Below are positions 39,778 to 49,714 of a stretch of DNA of 64,000 nt, piece after piece. The notes under the pieces were generated by a model. That model was not told where the DNA came from and ran no database searches. It was given only the letters and a program-made list of their open reading frames with translations. The position numbers were made by a program, and so were the translations under genes. Each line of letters begins with the position of its first letter. Position 1 is the stretch's first letter. The stretch comes from a virus: IMG/VR virus record IMGVR_UViG_3300021142_002226, positions 32,001 through 96,000 of that record, one strand, 5' to 3'.

Positions 39778-42453
39778 TTAAAAATTATATAGATTTACGT
39801 TTCTTGTTTGTCCATTATTTGCATCATTTTTAAAACCAATCAATGCTAATAATGTGTCTTTATTATTTATTGTATATGTTAAAGTTGGTGTAATATCTGT
39901 ATAACTTTTTAAATTAGAATCAACGTTTATGTTGCTCACCACGGTAGTGTTACTTACAACTTTTATTTCTTCGTCAAATCTTTGGCCATATATGAAACAA
40001 TTTGTTTCGCCAGATATAACTATATTTTTAGTTAATGTACTATAATCTATTTTAGAAATATTAGCTTTTACGTTTGGTGGTACAAAAAAACTTGACTGAT
40101 TACCATATGCACTTATATCATAATAGGGTGTTTGGGTTATATTGTTATAAATCAAAGGTGAATTATTATTATAAAATTGTTGTAAAAATTTTATATTTAA
40201 ACCTGGCGCAAAATTTTTATTATTTGTAATAAATGAATTAATTTTATTTATGTTTTTAGTTAATTGTTTTGTCGTATAAGAACCATTAATTAAGGATATT
40301 TCATTAGTTATTACTTTATCCAAGTCAGTTGTAGTTACAGTACCATTATTAATAATTTTACTTTTTATAATACCGTAGTAACCATTACTATCAGATGTGT
40401 CCAACAATTGTTTGATATTACTAAATATCGATAATTGTAACTTAGGATCTGTTGTTTTTAAACCTATATTTGTAAAAATATCTAATTCAAAATTAGCAAA
40501 ATTTTTGATAATTGATACGTAATCATTTGTAGTATAGTTTTTGAATAACAAACCAGAATATATCATATTAAGATTAAAACTATTAATCATATTATATATA
40601 ATATCATATTGTGTTTGTTTATCTGAATTATAATATATATTATTAACACCACTATAAAAAGTATTAGATGTTACAGCTGGGATTGTACCTATTTGTGTGT
40701 TTTCGGTTGAAGGTTCAACTATTTTTTTGATAGCATCAATTGACTTATATATTTCATCAACAAATTGTACTTCAGACCAATTTTTATTAGATTGTACCAA
40801 GCCTGGATATTTTCTTTCAAAAACTTTTTTTTGTGTGTCATTTTGATCATATGAAACAAAGAAATAGTTTGGAAATGGATAAAATTTTTGTGTTACCCCT
40901 TGCGGTGTTGTTACATTTTCATACTCACCACTTTCTTTTTGTACACTATTTCTATCTTTGTTTGTATCAAATTCATGTAAAGCTTTTTTACCAGCAATAT
41001 TCAATAATATAAGAAATGTTTGAATATTGTTGAATAATATTCTATATATGTTATATGTGTTAGGTTGGAAACCAATCTTGTTTTGTATAACAGTTAGTTC
41101 TTCATCTATCAATGCATTATTTTTATCTGATTTAATTTTTGCTATATTATCAATCAACTTATTATATAATTCGGTAAACTGTGTATACCCATTATTATTT
41201 ATTTTTGTATCATAAAATGTAGCCGATGGATCCGAAACATTCGTAGGATAAAGTGATATAAATGTTTGATTAGATAACGCAGATTTTAATTTGTTTTGTG
41301 TATCCGTATCAGTTATTTCATTTATTGAATTATCAATATGTTGTAAACCATTATTAAGTATCTCTTGACTTTTACCTATCTCATTAGTAACAATATTGGC
41401 ATATTCAGCATCAGAAATAGTTTTCAGAATATCTAACGAATTTATTATATCTTTGATACCTAATAAACTGGTTGAATCAAACATATTCTTATCTAAATTA
41501 TCTTTAATTTTATATAGATAAGGTAATGTTGGTGCTTGTTTGCTTAAATCTATTATATATTTATTTAGTTTTTTTTGGTCGTTACTGTATTGTTTAGTAA
41601 AGTAATCATTCTGTGTTTTATATAATTGTTCTAAAATTTCATATCCAAGGTATTTACCATTTTTCTTTTTAAACATAAATGGTGCCACATAAGCATATAT
41701 CAATAAGAATGAATTAAATATAGAAAAGGTTCTGGAAACAAATTCTGCATCAACAGTATAGTTACCTGTTTCTGGTTCAAATTTTGTATTAGATTTTACT
41801 AAATTCAAAGGATAATCAATAGCTTTACCGTAAAAACCTTTAACTGTTAATACAAATGTTGGGTATGGAAATGTATAAAATAAATTATAAGGATTATCAA
41901 TATCATTACCTCTTTCAAATAATGTTCTACCTTGTACATCAGTAAATTGTATTTTTACAATAGATGATGTACTTGGATTTTGACTGATAGAAATACTATC
42001 TATACCAAATGTTTCTGGATCTTGTATATTACTTGTACTCTTAAATTCTCCAGTGGCAGCATCAAGTGTTTTGTTACTTGAAAAAAAATCAGTATAATCA
42101 GTTGTTAATTTATTTTTATATATAACAACTGAATTACCATCTGAATTTGACCCAAATGATTTGATGGGGTTGAGCATATTTATATTGATAGATCCAACTG
42201 TTATTGGTTTACCATTATTTTGTGTCTCACCAAAAAAAACAGATGTTGCTGGTCTTTTAAACGCTTTTAAATTAGCATACATCACCAAGTTTTCTTGTGC
42301 GACATATCTATCAGCTACTTGACCATTTTTTATGATTTTATTTGGATCAATAATAATTACACCATCATTATTTTTAGTGTTTGTGGTAGTGTCAGTAACA
42401 ATATACTTATCAATAAATATGTTTTCACTGGTATCTAATAAATTATTCGCCAT
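39778..42453 (-). CDS. Putative baseplate hub-associated protein
   Basis: 891 aa between the LysM-like and hub-lysozyme genes; N-terminal beta-rich region (FGIDSISISQ...VKIQFTDVQGRTLF). Confidence 0.5.
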   Translation of the reverse strand: MANNLLDTSENIFIDKYIVTDTTTNTKNNDGVIIIDPNKIIKNGQVADRYVAQENLVMYANLKAFKRPATSVFFGETQNNGKPITVGSININMLNPIKSFGSNSDGNSVVIYKNKLTTDYTDFFSSNKTLDAATGEFKSTSNIQDPETFGIDSISISQNPSTSSIVKIQFTDVQGRTLFERGNDIDNPYNLFYTFPYPTFVLTVKGFYGKAIDYPLNLVKSNTKFEPETGNYTVDAEFVSRTFSIFNSFLLIYAYVAPFMFKKKNGKYLGYEILEQLYKTQNDYFTKQYSNDQKKLNKYIIDLSKQAPTLPYLYKIKDNLDKNMFDSTSLLGIKDIINSLDILKTISDAEYANIVTNEIGKSQEILNNGLQHIDNSINEITDTDTQNKLKSALSNQTFISLYPTNVSDPSATFYDTKINNNGYTQFTELYNKLIDNIAKIKSDKNNALIDEELTVIQNKIGFQPNTYNIYRILFNNIQTFLILLNIAGKKALHEFDTNKDRNSVQKESGEYENVTTPQGVTQKFYPFPNYFFVSYDQNDTQKKVFERKYPGLVQSNKNWSEVQFVDEIYKSIDAIKKIVEPSTENTQIGTIPAVTSNTFYSGVNNIYYNSDKQTQYDIIYNMINSFNLNMIYSGLLFKNYTTNDYVSIIKNFANFELDIFTNIGLKTTDPKLQLSIFSNIKQLLDTSDSNGYYGIIKSKIINNGTVTTTDLDKVITNEISLINGSYTTKQLTKNINKINSFITNNKNFAPGLNIKFLQQFYNNNSPLIYNNITQTPYYDISAYGNQSSFFVPPNVKANISKIDYSTLTKNIVISGETNCFIYGQRFDEEIKVVSNTTVVSNINVDSNLKSYTDITPTLTYTINNKDTLLALIGFKNDANNGQTRNVNLYNF

Positions 42454-42763
42454 AATATGCTAATTTCAATTTCATAACTGCCTTATAATCGGACATACTC
42501 TGGTCTAAAGGGTATGGTACTCTTATAGAAGCATTATCTGGTATATTCCATTCCAAACCACCATATTCTGGGTTAGCTAACAAGATTAACCAACCAAAAT
42601 ATGGTGTACCATATTTATCTTGGCTTACTTTATCCATTCTTGATCTACCTACCTTATAAACAACAAATAAATCTGTTTCTTTTTCAGGTAAATGTACATA
42701 TGGAACGGTAATACCATTACCGTTATTTGTGAATTGATTATATCTGTTATAATATGAGCTCAT
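42443..42763 (-). CDS. Baseplate LysM-like protein (gp53/gpX-like)
   Basis: 106 aa; RSRMDKVSQDKYGTPYFGWLILLANP...IPDNASIRVP. Confidence 0.75.
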   Translation of the reverse strand: MSSYYNRYNQFTNNGNGITVPYVHLPEKETDLFVVYKVGRSRMDKVSQDKYGTPYFGWLILLANPEYGGLEWNIPDNASIRVPYPLDQSMSDYKAVMKLKLAYYGE

Positions 42764-42807
42764 ATAAGTTATTTAATATAAATATATTTTGATAGAAAAT
42801 CAACAGT

Positions 42808-45800
42808 TTATTTTACAGGAGGAACAATACTTGAATATTGATATGTTAAAATATTATTCGTAGCATTATTTATTGCATTAATTGTAGTACCTGATGGACT
42901 ATTATTAATAGAACTATTAATTTTGGTATTTATTTGACTATAATTTTTCAATCTAACCTTAACACTATAATCAGAATCACCACCTTTTAACATTGTTCCA
43001 GATGATAATTTTAATTTTTGTGGTGTTGATGGATTTGAGTTAGCCAATGAATTAAAAGCTGTATTTGCATATGTTGTGTATGGTGCTGTTAATTTATTCA
43101 AATAAACAGCATTTAAATTATTAAATTCAGTCAGTATACTTTGATTATATTTATCAACATTATTGAAAAAATCGTTTAATATTTTTTTAATATTATCCAG
43201 TTTTTTAGATTTTTGTTTGTCAGTTAAATCAAGTTTATTAATATTTGTTGTATACGATGTCATCATAGCATTTACATGTGTATCTTTGTTTACAAATAAT
43301 GTATTAAAAAAATCCATCATGCTTGCTTCGGATAATGAACTCATAAGATAACCATTTACTTGACCTTTCAATGAATTTAAATTCATTTTAGTTGTTATAT
43401 CTGGGGTTGTGCCTGACAAAATATAATCAATATATGAATCAGTCAAACTGATTGTATAATTTAACACACTGGATAAATTATTCACATTTGTATTGAATTC
43501 CGAATCATTTGAATTAACTGATATTACATTATAATAATCATAGGATGATACACCATTTGCTGTACTGTTTGCTGGAAAAAGCAAATTATAAAGATCTTCA
43601 GTAACACTTGGTGTGTTTTTTTCCATTCTTACTTTTAAAGAATCTTGAGTACTTTTGATTGTAATTTGGTAATTTTGTGAATAATCATTCAAAATTAAAC
43701 CCAGAGTTTTGTTTGAAAATTCCAAAAATTCATGTGATAATTTTTCAAAAACATAAGTCAACTGGTATTTGTTTTGTAAATATGTTCCTTGACTATTAAC
43801 ATTTTTTAATGAAGGTATCAACCCTTGAAATTGGTAATCTACCACATTAGTTTGTTGGTCAAATTGGATTTGAGGTGTGGTAATTGAAAGATCAAAACTT
43901 TTTAATTCATAATTCGTTATATCACCTGTAGTAGTAATATTATTATCAATATCATCATTTTTTGGTAAAACCATATTTGCATCTATAGTTTTGAAATTTG
44001 TGTTATTCAATAACAATGGTGAATCAATAAACGTATTATCATTTGAAATTTGTCTAAAATAGTAGTAACCATTACCTAACATAAATTTAGTATTATCGTC
44101 CGATTTATAATTATAAACACGGCTCAAATCTATAATACTGTTAGATGATGTTCCAGTGTAATTATATATTGTTAAATATTGAGAAAAAGGATCATAACCA
44201 AACAATTGTGATACAGGTGTTTTTATTTTATTTTCGTTTCTAATAATCTCATATAATTGATTAACTTTACTATTTGTTGTTGTACCATCATACCCTGACA
44301 ACACAGCATTAATTCCTGAAAGATAGGTGTTAAATGAATATATATTGTTTGTTTGATCAATATTTTTTTGTTGTTTGGTTAATAATAAATTATTTGTATA
44401 ATTACTAAGTTGTGTTGAAATGTAATTTTGAAAGATTATTTTTAAATCTTTAGAATTCAATTCCTTATTATATCTATCAAATAAACCAGTGTCTATAAAC
44501 CAATATACAAGTAAATCATTATACAATTTATTTGTTATATCTATATTAAAATGTGTGATCAAAGCTTTTGTGTAATCATAATTTGTTGGTTTTTTCAAAT
44601 ACAAACCTGCTACATCTGAAGAATCGTATTCACCATCCGTCATATATCCTGGATTATATGATTGTCCAGTAAATACTGAAGATATTTTTGCTGTTGGGTT
44701 AAATCTTGGTGTTGTATAATACAGCATCTGAGGGTATAAATGTAATTGAGTTCCATAAAGATTATTAAAACTTGAACCACCAAACTGGCTATAATCACAA
44801 TAATCTTTTACATTAACATAGTTACTATATTTTGCTTTAGAACCAAAAAAACTATTAACAGTTGTTGTATCCGTTGTTCCACCAGTAACAATATTTTTAA
44901 TTATATTGTCCATGAATGTTTTATCATCATTATCTGTCGCTCCAGTATAATTTATATTCAATATTTTTGATAATAAAAATGATGATTGATTTGATGAATC
45001 AAATACTAATGAATCAGAATAATTCAAAACATTAGTTATAAACGAATCATAAAAGTTAGTGAATAGTTTTTTATAATTAACATTAAATATTTCAATTGAT
45101 GCGTTCTGACCATATTCTGATATATAACTCGCTTCACCAAAATTTGTGTTAGTCAATAAAGTCCATGCTGTGGTATAAATTAATGGTTTACCAGCAACGT
45201 TTAATTGTGCATTATTATTAACTTTATCATCGAATAGTCTTTGATAATAATTTTGTCCATAAATACCTGGATTTTCCGTTGGGTCGTAAGAAAATGCATA
45301 TGGTTGAAATACAATAGAAATATCATAAATAATACCAACACTCTTAGCCAATGAATAATTATTACCAGACAAATCTATCAAATCTTTTGTTGTTGTATCT
45401 GGAACACCAATGGTGCCTTTTGGAACATCGTATGTAGAATCTGGTATTTGGTATTCTTTAGCTTTTTGTACAATCGGTATTAAATCGAGAGTATTATTAT
45501 CAAAAAATGATGTTTCTTGATTTACTAATTGTCTTTCTACTGGATCAATATTAGCGGAAGTTCTTGAATCATATACATCAGCATTTGCATAATAATTGAA
45601 TGATAATGCATTTTGTAATTCATTTATAGGTGTTCTTAAACCTGATCCACCAATATATTTAAAACTTAAACTGACGTTAGCGATCATTGGTTGTACACCT
45701 ATACCTTCTGGATTTAAATCAAAAACCAAAGGTTCATATGATATATTACAAGAATTTATCAAAATTTTTGTGTTATAGAAATCGCCAATTCTTAATACGC

Positions 45801-48800
45801 AAACAGGTGGTTTACCAAAAACTGTATTTGTTGCGTCACATGATTCATTCTGTGAATTTAATATTGTATCACCAGGTCTAAGACACTGTTGTAAAAAAGT
45901 TAAACGTGAGTTCAACCCTTCTGGAGTCATAGAGTGAAATGCTGGTGTAAAATATTTCAATTTTTCTTTCACCGAATTATATACAGTTGGGGTATTCGCT
46001 TGTAAATATTCAAAATAATCCGCCTCAGTGATTAACCTATTAAGAATTCTTTGCGCTATTTCTCTTTTAGTTATATTTGTGGCGTTTGTCGGTTGTTGGC
46101 TTGATACCTGCGTTGGATTTGCATTAGTTTTTGTTTCAGTTTTTGGTGGATCTGGATTAACTTCCAATGATACTTTTAGGTTAACCTTTCTTGAATACGA
46201 AGCTTGTATTGACAAAACAGAACAAACTATATCAGCTTGACTGTATGATTGTATTTTAGGTTGCAAACAACCAACAAGATCACTTGTAACATTACTATAT
46301 GTTTTACCCTCAGCAGTAGTTATATTACCACCGAAAAAATTTATAGCTGTTAATAAAAGTTTTCTATTATCTTCTGTGTCAGTACAATAATATGTAACTG
46401 TATTTGGAGCTTTACCATATGGTATCCTTACCATAGGTATTGTAGTAAATGAAGCAGTCAATACATTTTCAGGTGTACTAACAGCTTTCATGGAATCTAT
46501 CGCACTTATTTGTGTTGGCGAATTTAAAACAAATATCACCTTATCTTTCTTATTCTCACCATTAGAAGGTCTAACAAAACTTACTTTTGTACCAGTCAAG
46601 TATTTTTCAATATTATCTGGTGTTAAAACATCGTTGGTAGTTTCAACAGTCAAATCTTTAAAAATGTTAAATGCTAACCATTTTATAACACTTTTAAATT
46701 TTCTGATACCAAGTTTTGTATTGAAATCAACATCTTGACTATCCAGAGCACTTGTGAATGAATCAACAGTAATTGTTATATTATTACCTCTGTTGTTTGC
46801 ATAACTTGTTATTTGATCTCTAAAATTTGTAAAACTTTGATATAGTTGATAATATGGTGCAGAACCTTTCGGTAATTGGCTAAAATATCCGTCTTCACTA
46901 TTAGAACCTATAACCTGATCATATTTTACGAAATAAGCATATGATTTACCTTTTTTAGATTCAGCAGATTGAACAGATGGGTCAGCAATAGATAGTTTAT
47001 AATAAGTATCAAAATATGTATCGTATGTATTAACATTAGCATCCTCAGTATCCAATGGTGTTTGATTTTCGAAAAATAAATCAGCTTGGATAGTTGGAAT
47101 AATTGGTGGCGTAGTTGTATCCTGAGTTACTTGTGCTGTGGGTTCTTTAGCATCACTTTGATCAAGTTTTGATTTGATATCAGCATTAGCTTTTGTTGTT
47201 TGAATTTCACCAATTACTCTTTCAAAATATGCAATATCTTTATTACTAAAAACACCCCAGATTCTTGCTAATTCAAATATATCAAAATTCGTGCAACCAG
47301 CCCAGAATGAATCAAGTATCTCATCCACTACAGTGTCTGGATAATTCTTTAATTCTTTTTGAGTTAATATATTTAGTATTGATGGATGGTCAACAACAAT
47401 TTTGAATGAAAGGGTACCTTGTCTTTCAGTATTATTATATGTATATATTGGTTCTGGTCTTCCTAAAAATTGATGTGAAGTCCAATTCACAGATGTATCA
47501 TCTGTGAATTTAATATCGTATGGTGGAAACCACATTATTCTACCACCGTTAGGCCCAACTTCAAATGGTTTGAGGTCATAATCCCCTTTCCATTTATTTT
47601 GTCCCCTCCAAGCAAGATTCTCAATTGAGAACATATATTTTTTAGCATTTCCAGCTGATTTATCTGATTTTGTATAATTTATGTTCGTTTCTGATGGGAA
47701 AATACTATAATTGTTATATCTATCCAAAACAGAATTTCTTTCAAGTCTTAATAATTCCGTAAATCTCATCAAATTTAACGTACCAGAATAAGGTCTTACT
47801 TTAGTCCAAGTTCTACAAAATTCTGCATTGTCTCGCATATTATTAACATCATCTCTGGTACCATTATATAATCCAGGTACAGAATAATTATTACCTATTA
47901 CATTACCAGCATCATCCTTTCTTTGTGTTTTTGCAGTAGCTAAAACACCACTACCTTTAGAGTATAGACTATAACCATCAAACAATTTAGTTTTTGTTTG
48001 GTCTATCACCAAATTTATTGGATTACTATTATCATCTGCCTTTTCAAGAAGTCTTTGTGTTTTAAATAATATCGAGCATTCTCTGAAACGGTCATAATAA
48101 TTATCACTACCAGCTTTCGAAAGAATTCTTTCAGCATCGTTATTGTTACTGTCAATTTTACTTACCGTATCGTAATTTATATTACCCTTAGAATCAGATG
48201 ATACTGTTTGAGGATCATAAAATGTTTCTTGATAATCTGTTTTGTGCCATATAAAATCAGTATTTAATGAACCATATTTTGCCGTTTCATTCAACCCTGG
48301 TTCATAATATGTGGTTCCATCAAGATAGTTTGTTGATATAATTTTTGTAATTTCTTCAGGACTCTTAACTTGATCACCCTCAGAATCTTGTAAAGCAAAA
48401 AATGGTGCTGATTTAATATCTCCAAAATAATATCTTGATTGCGGTTTTTTACCGCCAGTCATACCAAGGAAACCTGTAACACCACCGATAGCTTGCAATG
48501 TTTTATCTATCGCTTGGAAAATACCACTTTGGTATTGTGGGTCATAATTGGGTGCATATTTATTGAAATAAATGTTTGAAAATAATTGGAATTTTTGCCC
48601 ACTACCAGTATTACTCAAAAATGCTACATCTTCAGAATTATCATATCCTTGTTTGGACATACCAAAAGCATCATTAAGCAATTTACCTAAAGCTGATTTA
48701 TCTGTTGTTGTAACACTTTGATCTGAAGTATTAAAACATCCTGGTGTAAGTGTAGGTTTACTTTTTAAATTCAAATACGTTATAATATCTGTGGCTCCAA

Positions 48801-49713
48801 CTAACGAACTTGTAAATAATGCTGCATATCCGATTGGATTATTTGGAACTGTTATATTATAGTTTTTAGCAATAAGATTATTTGATGGGTCTTTTAATAT
48901 ATTAATTGCTTGTGCTGGGTCAGCTAACGCATCATTAATATTTGTTAATGGAGAATCTGAAAGTATATTTTGTTGTATTCTTGTTTCGAAAGCAGATTTT
49001 AATTCTAATGCAGCAATATTCATCAATAACGTTTCGTTTTGAAGAACCTTACCAGAATAATTTATATAACTTACAGGGTCAATTGTGAAATCAATAGCAG
49101 AGTTTTTATTTACATTTATTCCAAGGATATCTTGTGGTGTATATTGCGTAACATAATAATCTCTACTTAATTGACCATTATCGTCAACATACGGTGTTTG
49201 TGGTGCATTAGGTTTTAATGTATTTGTATTAAATACATCAAATGTTTGTGGAATATATTTATTTAAATTAGCATTTAGTTTTAATGAATAATCTGAAGAT
49301 AAATCATATAAACTTGAAACAGATTGTAATGTTGGTATTGAATAGTCACTAATCACAGCAAGTTTACCAATACCATCGGCCAAAGCTTGGTACGTATAAC
49401 CTAAACTATCGTTTCCTTCAGTTATAGCTGAAAAATCACTTTTATTTAGAGGTCTATTTCTATTCAAAATTTTATTTCTAACTTTATCAGCTTCACTGGT
49501 TATATCCCCTGGATTTTTTACGCTGAAATTATCAATAACAGTATCCCTACCTAAAGAATATTCATAAGCTTGTAAAGCTCCGATTCCTTCAGTACTAACC
49601 AAACCGAGAACAATATCTGGTGGTGTTTTTAAATTCAATTTTAGAATATTATCTCTAAATTGTTGCGATGTGTTCTTTAAACCAAGTGAACTTTCTGGTG
49701 TTTGACTGCTCAT
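42808..49713 (-). CDS. Giant baseplate/tube-initiator protein with tube-like fold and degenerate OmpA-like insert
   Basis: 2301 aa. FPPYDIKFTDD..VNWT..QFLGRPEPIYTYNNTER and GKPPVCVLRIGDFYNTKILINS resemble halves of a gp19/gp54-like fold. Follows the tape measure gene. Confidence 0.55.
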   Translation of the reverse strand: MSSQTPESSLGLKNTSQQFRDNILKLNLKTPPDIVLGLVSTEGIGALQAYEYSLGRDTVIDNFSVKNPGDITSEADKVRNKILNRNRPLNKSDFSAITEGNDSLGYTYQALADGIGKLAVISDYSIPTLQSVSSLYDLSSDYSLKLNANLNKYIPQTFDVFNTNTLKPNAPQTPYVDDNGQLSRDYYVTQYTPQDILGINVNKNSAIDFTIDPVSYINYSGKVLQNETLLMNIAALELKSAFETRIQQNILSDSPLTNINDALADPAQAINILKDPSNNLIAKNYNITVPNNPIGYAALFTSSLVGATDIITYLNLKSKPTLTPGCFNTSDQSVTTTDKSALGKLLNDAFGMSKQGYDNSEDVAFLSNTGSGQKFQLFSNIYFNKYAPNYDPQYQSGIFQAIDKTLQAIGGVTGFLGMTGGKKPQSRYYFGDIKSAPFFALQDSEGDQVKSPEEITKIISTNYLDGTTYYEPGLNETAKYGSLNTDFIWHKTDYQETFYDPQTVSSDSKGNINYDTVSKIDSNNNDAERILSKAGSDNYYDRFRECSILFKTQRLLEKADDNSNPINLVIDQTKTKLFDGYSLYSKGSGVLATAKTQRKDDAGNVIGNNYSVPGLYNGTRDDVNNMRDNAEFCRTWTKVRPYSGTLNLMRFTELLRLERNSVLDRYNNYSIFPSETNINYTKSDKSAGNAKKYMFSIENLAWRGQNKWKGDYDLKPFEVGPNGGRIMWFPPYDIKFTDDTSVNWTSHQFLGRPEPIYTYNNTERQGTLSFKIVVDHPSILNILTQKELKNYPDTVVDEILDSFWAGCTNFDIFELARIWGVFSNKDIAYFERVIGEIQTTKANADIKSKLDQSDAKEPTAQVTQDTTTPPIIPTIQADLFFENQTPLDTEDANVNTYDTYFDTYYKLSIADPSVQSAESKKGKSYAYFVKYDQVIGSNSEDGYFSQLPKGSAPYYQLYQSFTNFRDQITSYANNRGNNITITVDSFTSALDSQDVDFNTKLGIRKFKSVIKWLAFNIFKDLTVETTNDVLTPDNIEKYLTGTKVSFVRPSNGENKKDKVIFVLNSPTQISAIDSMKAVSTPENVLTASFTTIPMVRIPYGKAPNTVTYYCTDTEDNRKLLLTAINFFGGNITTAEGKTYSNVTSDLVGCLQPKIQSYSQADIVCSVLSIQASYSRKVNLKVSLEVNPDPPKTETKTNANPTQVSSQQPTNATNITKREIAQRILNRLITEADYFEYLQANTPTVYNSVKEKLKYFTPAFHSMTPEGLNSRLTFLQQCLRPGDTILNSQNESCDATNTVFGKPPVCVLRIGDFYNTKILINSCNISYEPLVFDLNPEGIGVQPMIANVSLSFKYIGGSGLRTPINELQNALSFNYYANADVYDSRTSANIDPVERQLVNQETSFFDNNTLDLIPIVQKAKEYQIPDSTYDVPKGTIGVPDTTTKDLIDLSGNNYSLAKSVGIIYDISIVFQPYAFSYDPTENPGIYGQNYYQRLFDDKVNNNAQLNVAGKPLIYTTAWTLLTNTNFGEASYISEYGQNASIEIFNVNYKKLFTNFYDSFITNVLNYSDSLVFDSSNQSSFLLSKILNINYTGATDNDDKTFMDNIIKNIVTGGTTDTTTVNSFFGSKAKYSNYVNVKDYCDYSQFGGSSFNNLYGTQLHLYPQMLYYTTPRFNPTAKISSVFTGQSYNPGYMTDGEYDSSDVAGLYLKKPTNYDYTKALITHFNIDITNKLYNDLLVYWFIDTGLFDRYNKELNSKDLKIIFQNYISTQLSNYTNNLLLTKQQKNIDQTNNIYSFNTYLSGINAVLSGYDGTTTNSKVNQLYEIIRNENKIKTPVSQLFGYDPFSQYLTIYNYTGTSSNSIIDLSRVYNYKSDDNTKFMLGNGYYYFRQISNDNTFIDSPLLLNNTNFKTIDANMVLPKNDDIDNNITTTGDITNYELKSFDLSITTPQIQFDQQTNVVDYQFQGLIPSLKNVNSQGTYLQNKYQLTYVFEKLSHEFLEFSNKTLGLILNDYSQNYQITIKSTQDSLKVRMEKNTPSVTEDLYNLLFPANSTANGVSSYDYYNVISVNSNDSEFNTNVNNLSSVLNYTISLTDSYIDYILSGTTPDITTKMNLNSLKGQVNGYLMSSLSEASMMDFFNTLFVNKDTHVNAMMTSYTTNINKLDLTDKQKSKKLDNIKKILNDFFNNVDKYNQSILTEFNNLNAVYLNKLTAPYTTYANTAFNSLANSNPSTPQKLKLSSGTMLKGGDSDYSVKVRLKNYSQINTKINSSINNSPSGTTINAINNATNNILTYQYSSIVPPVK

Positions 49714-49714
49714 A

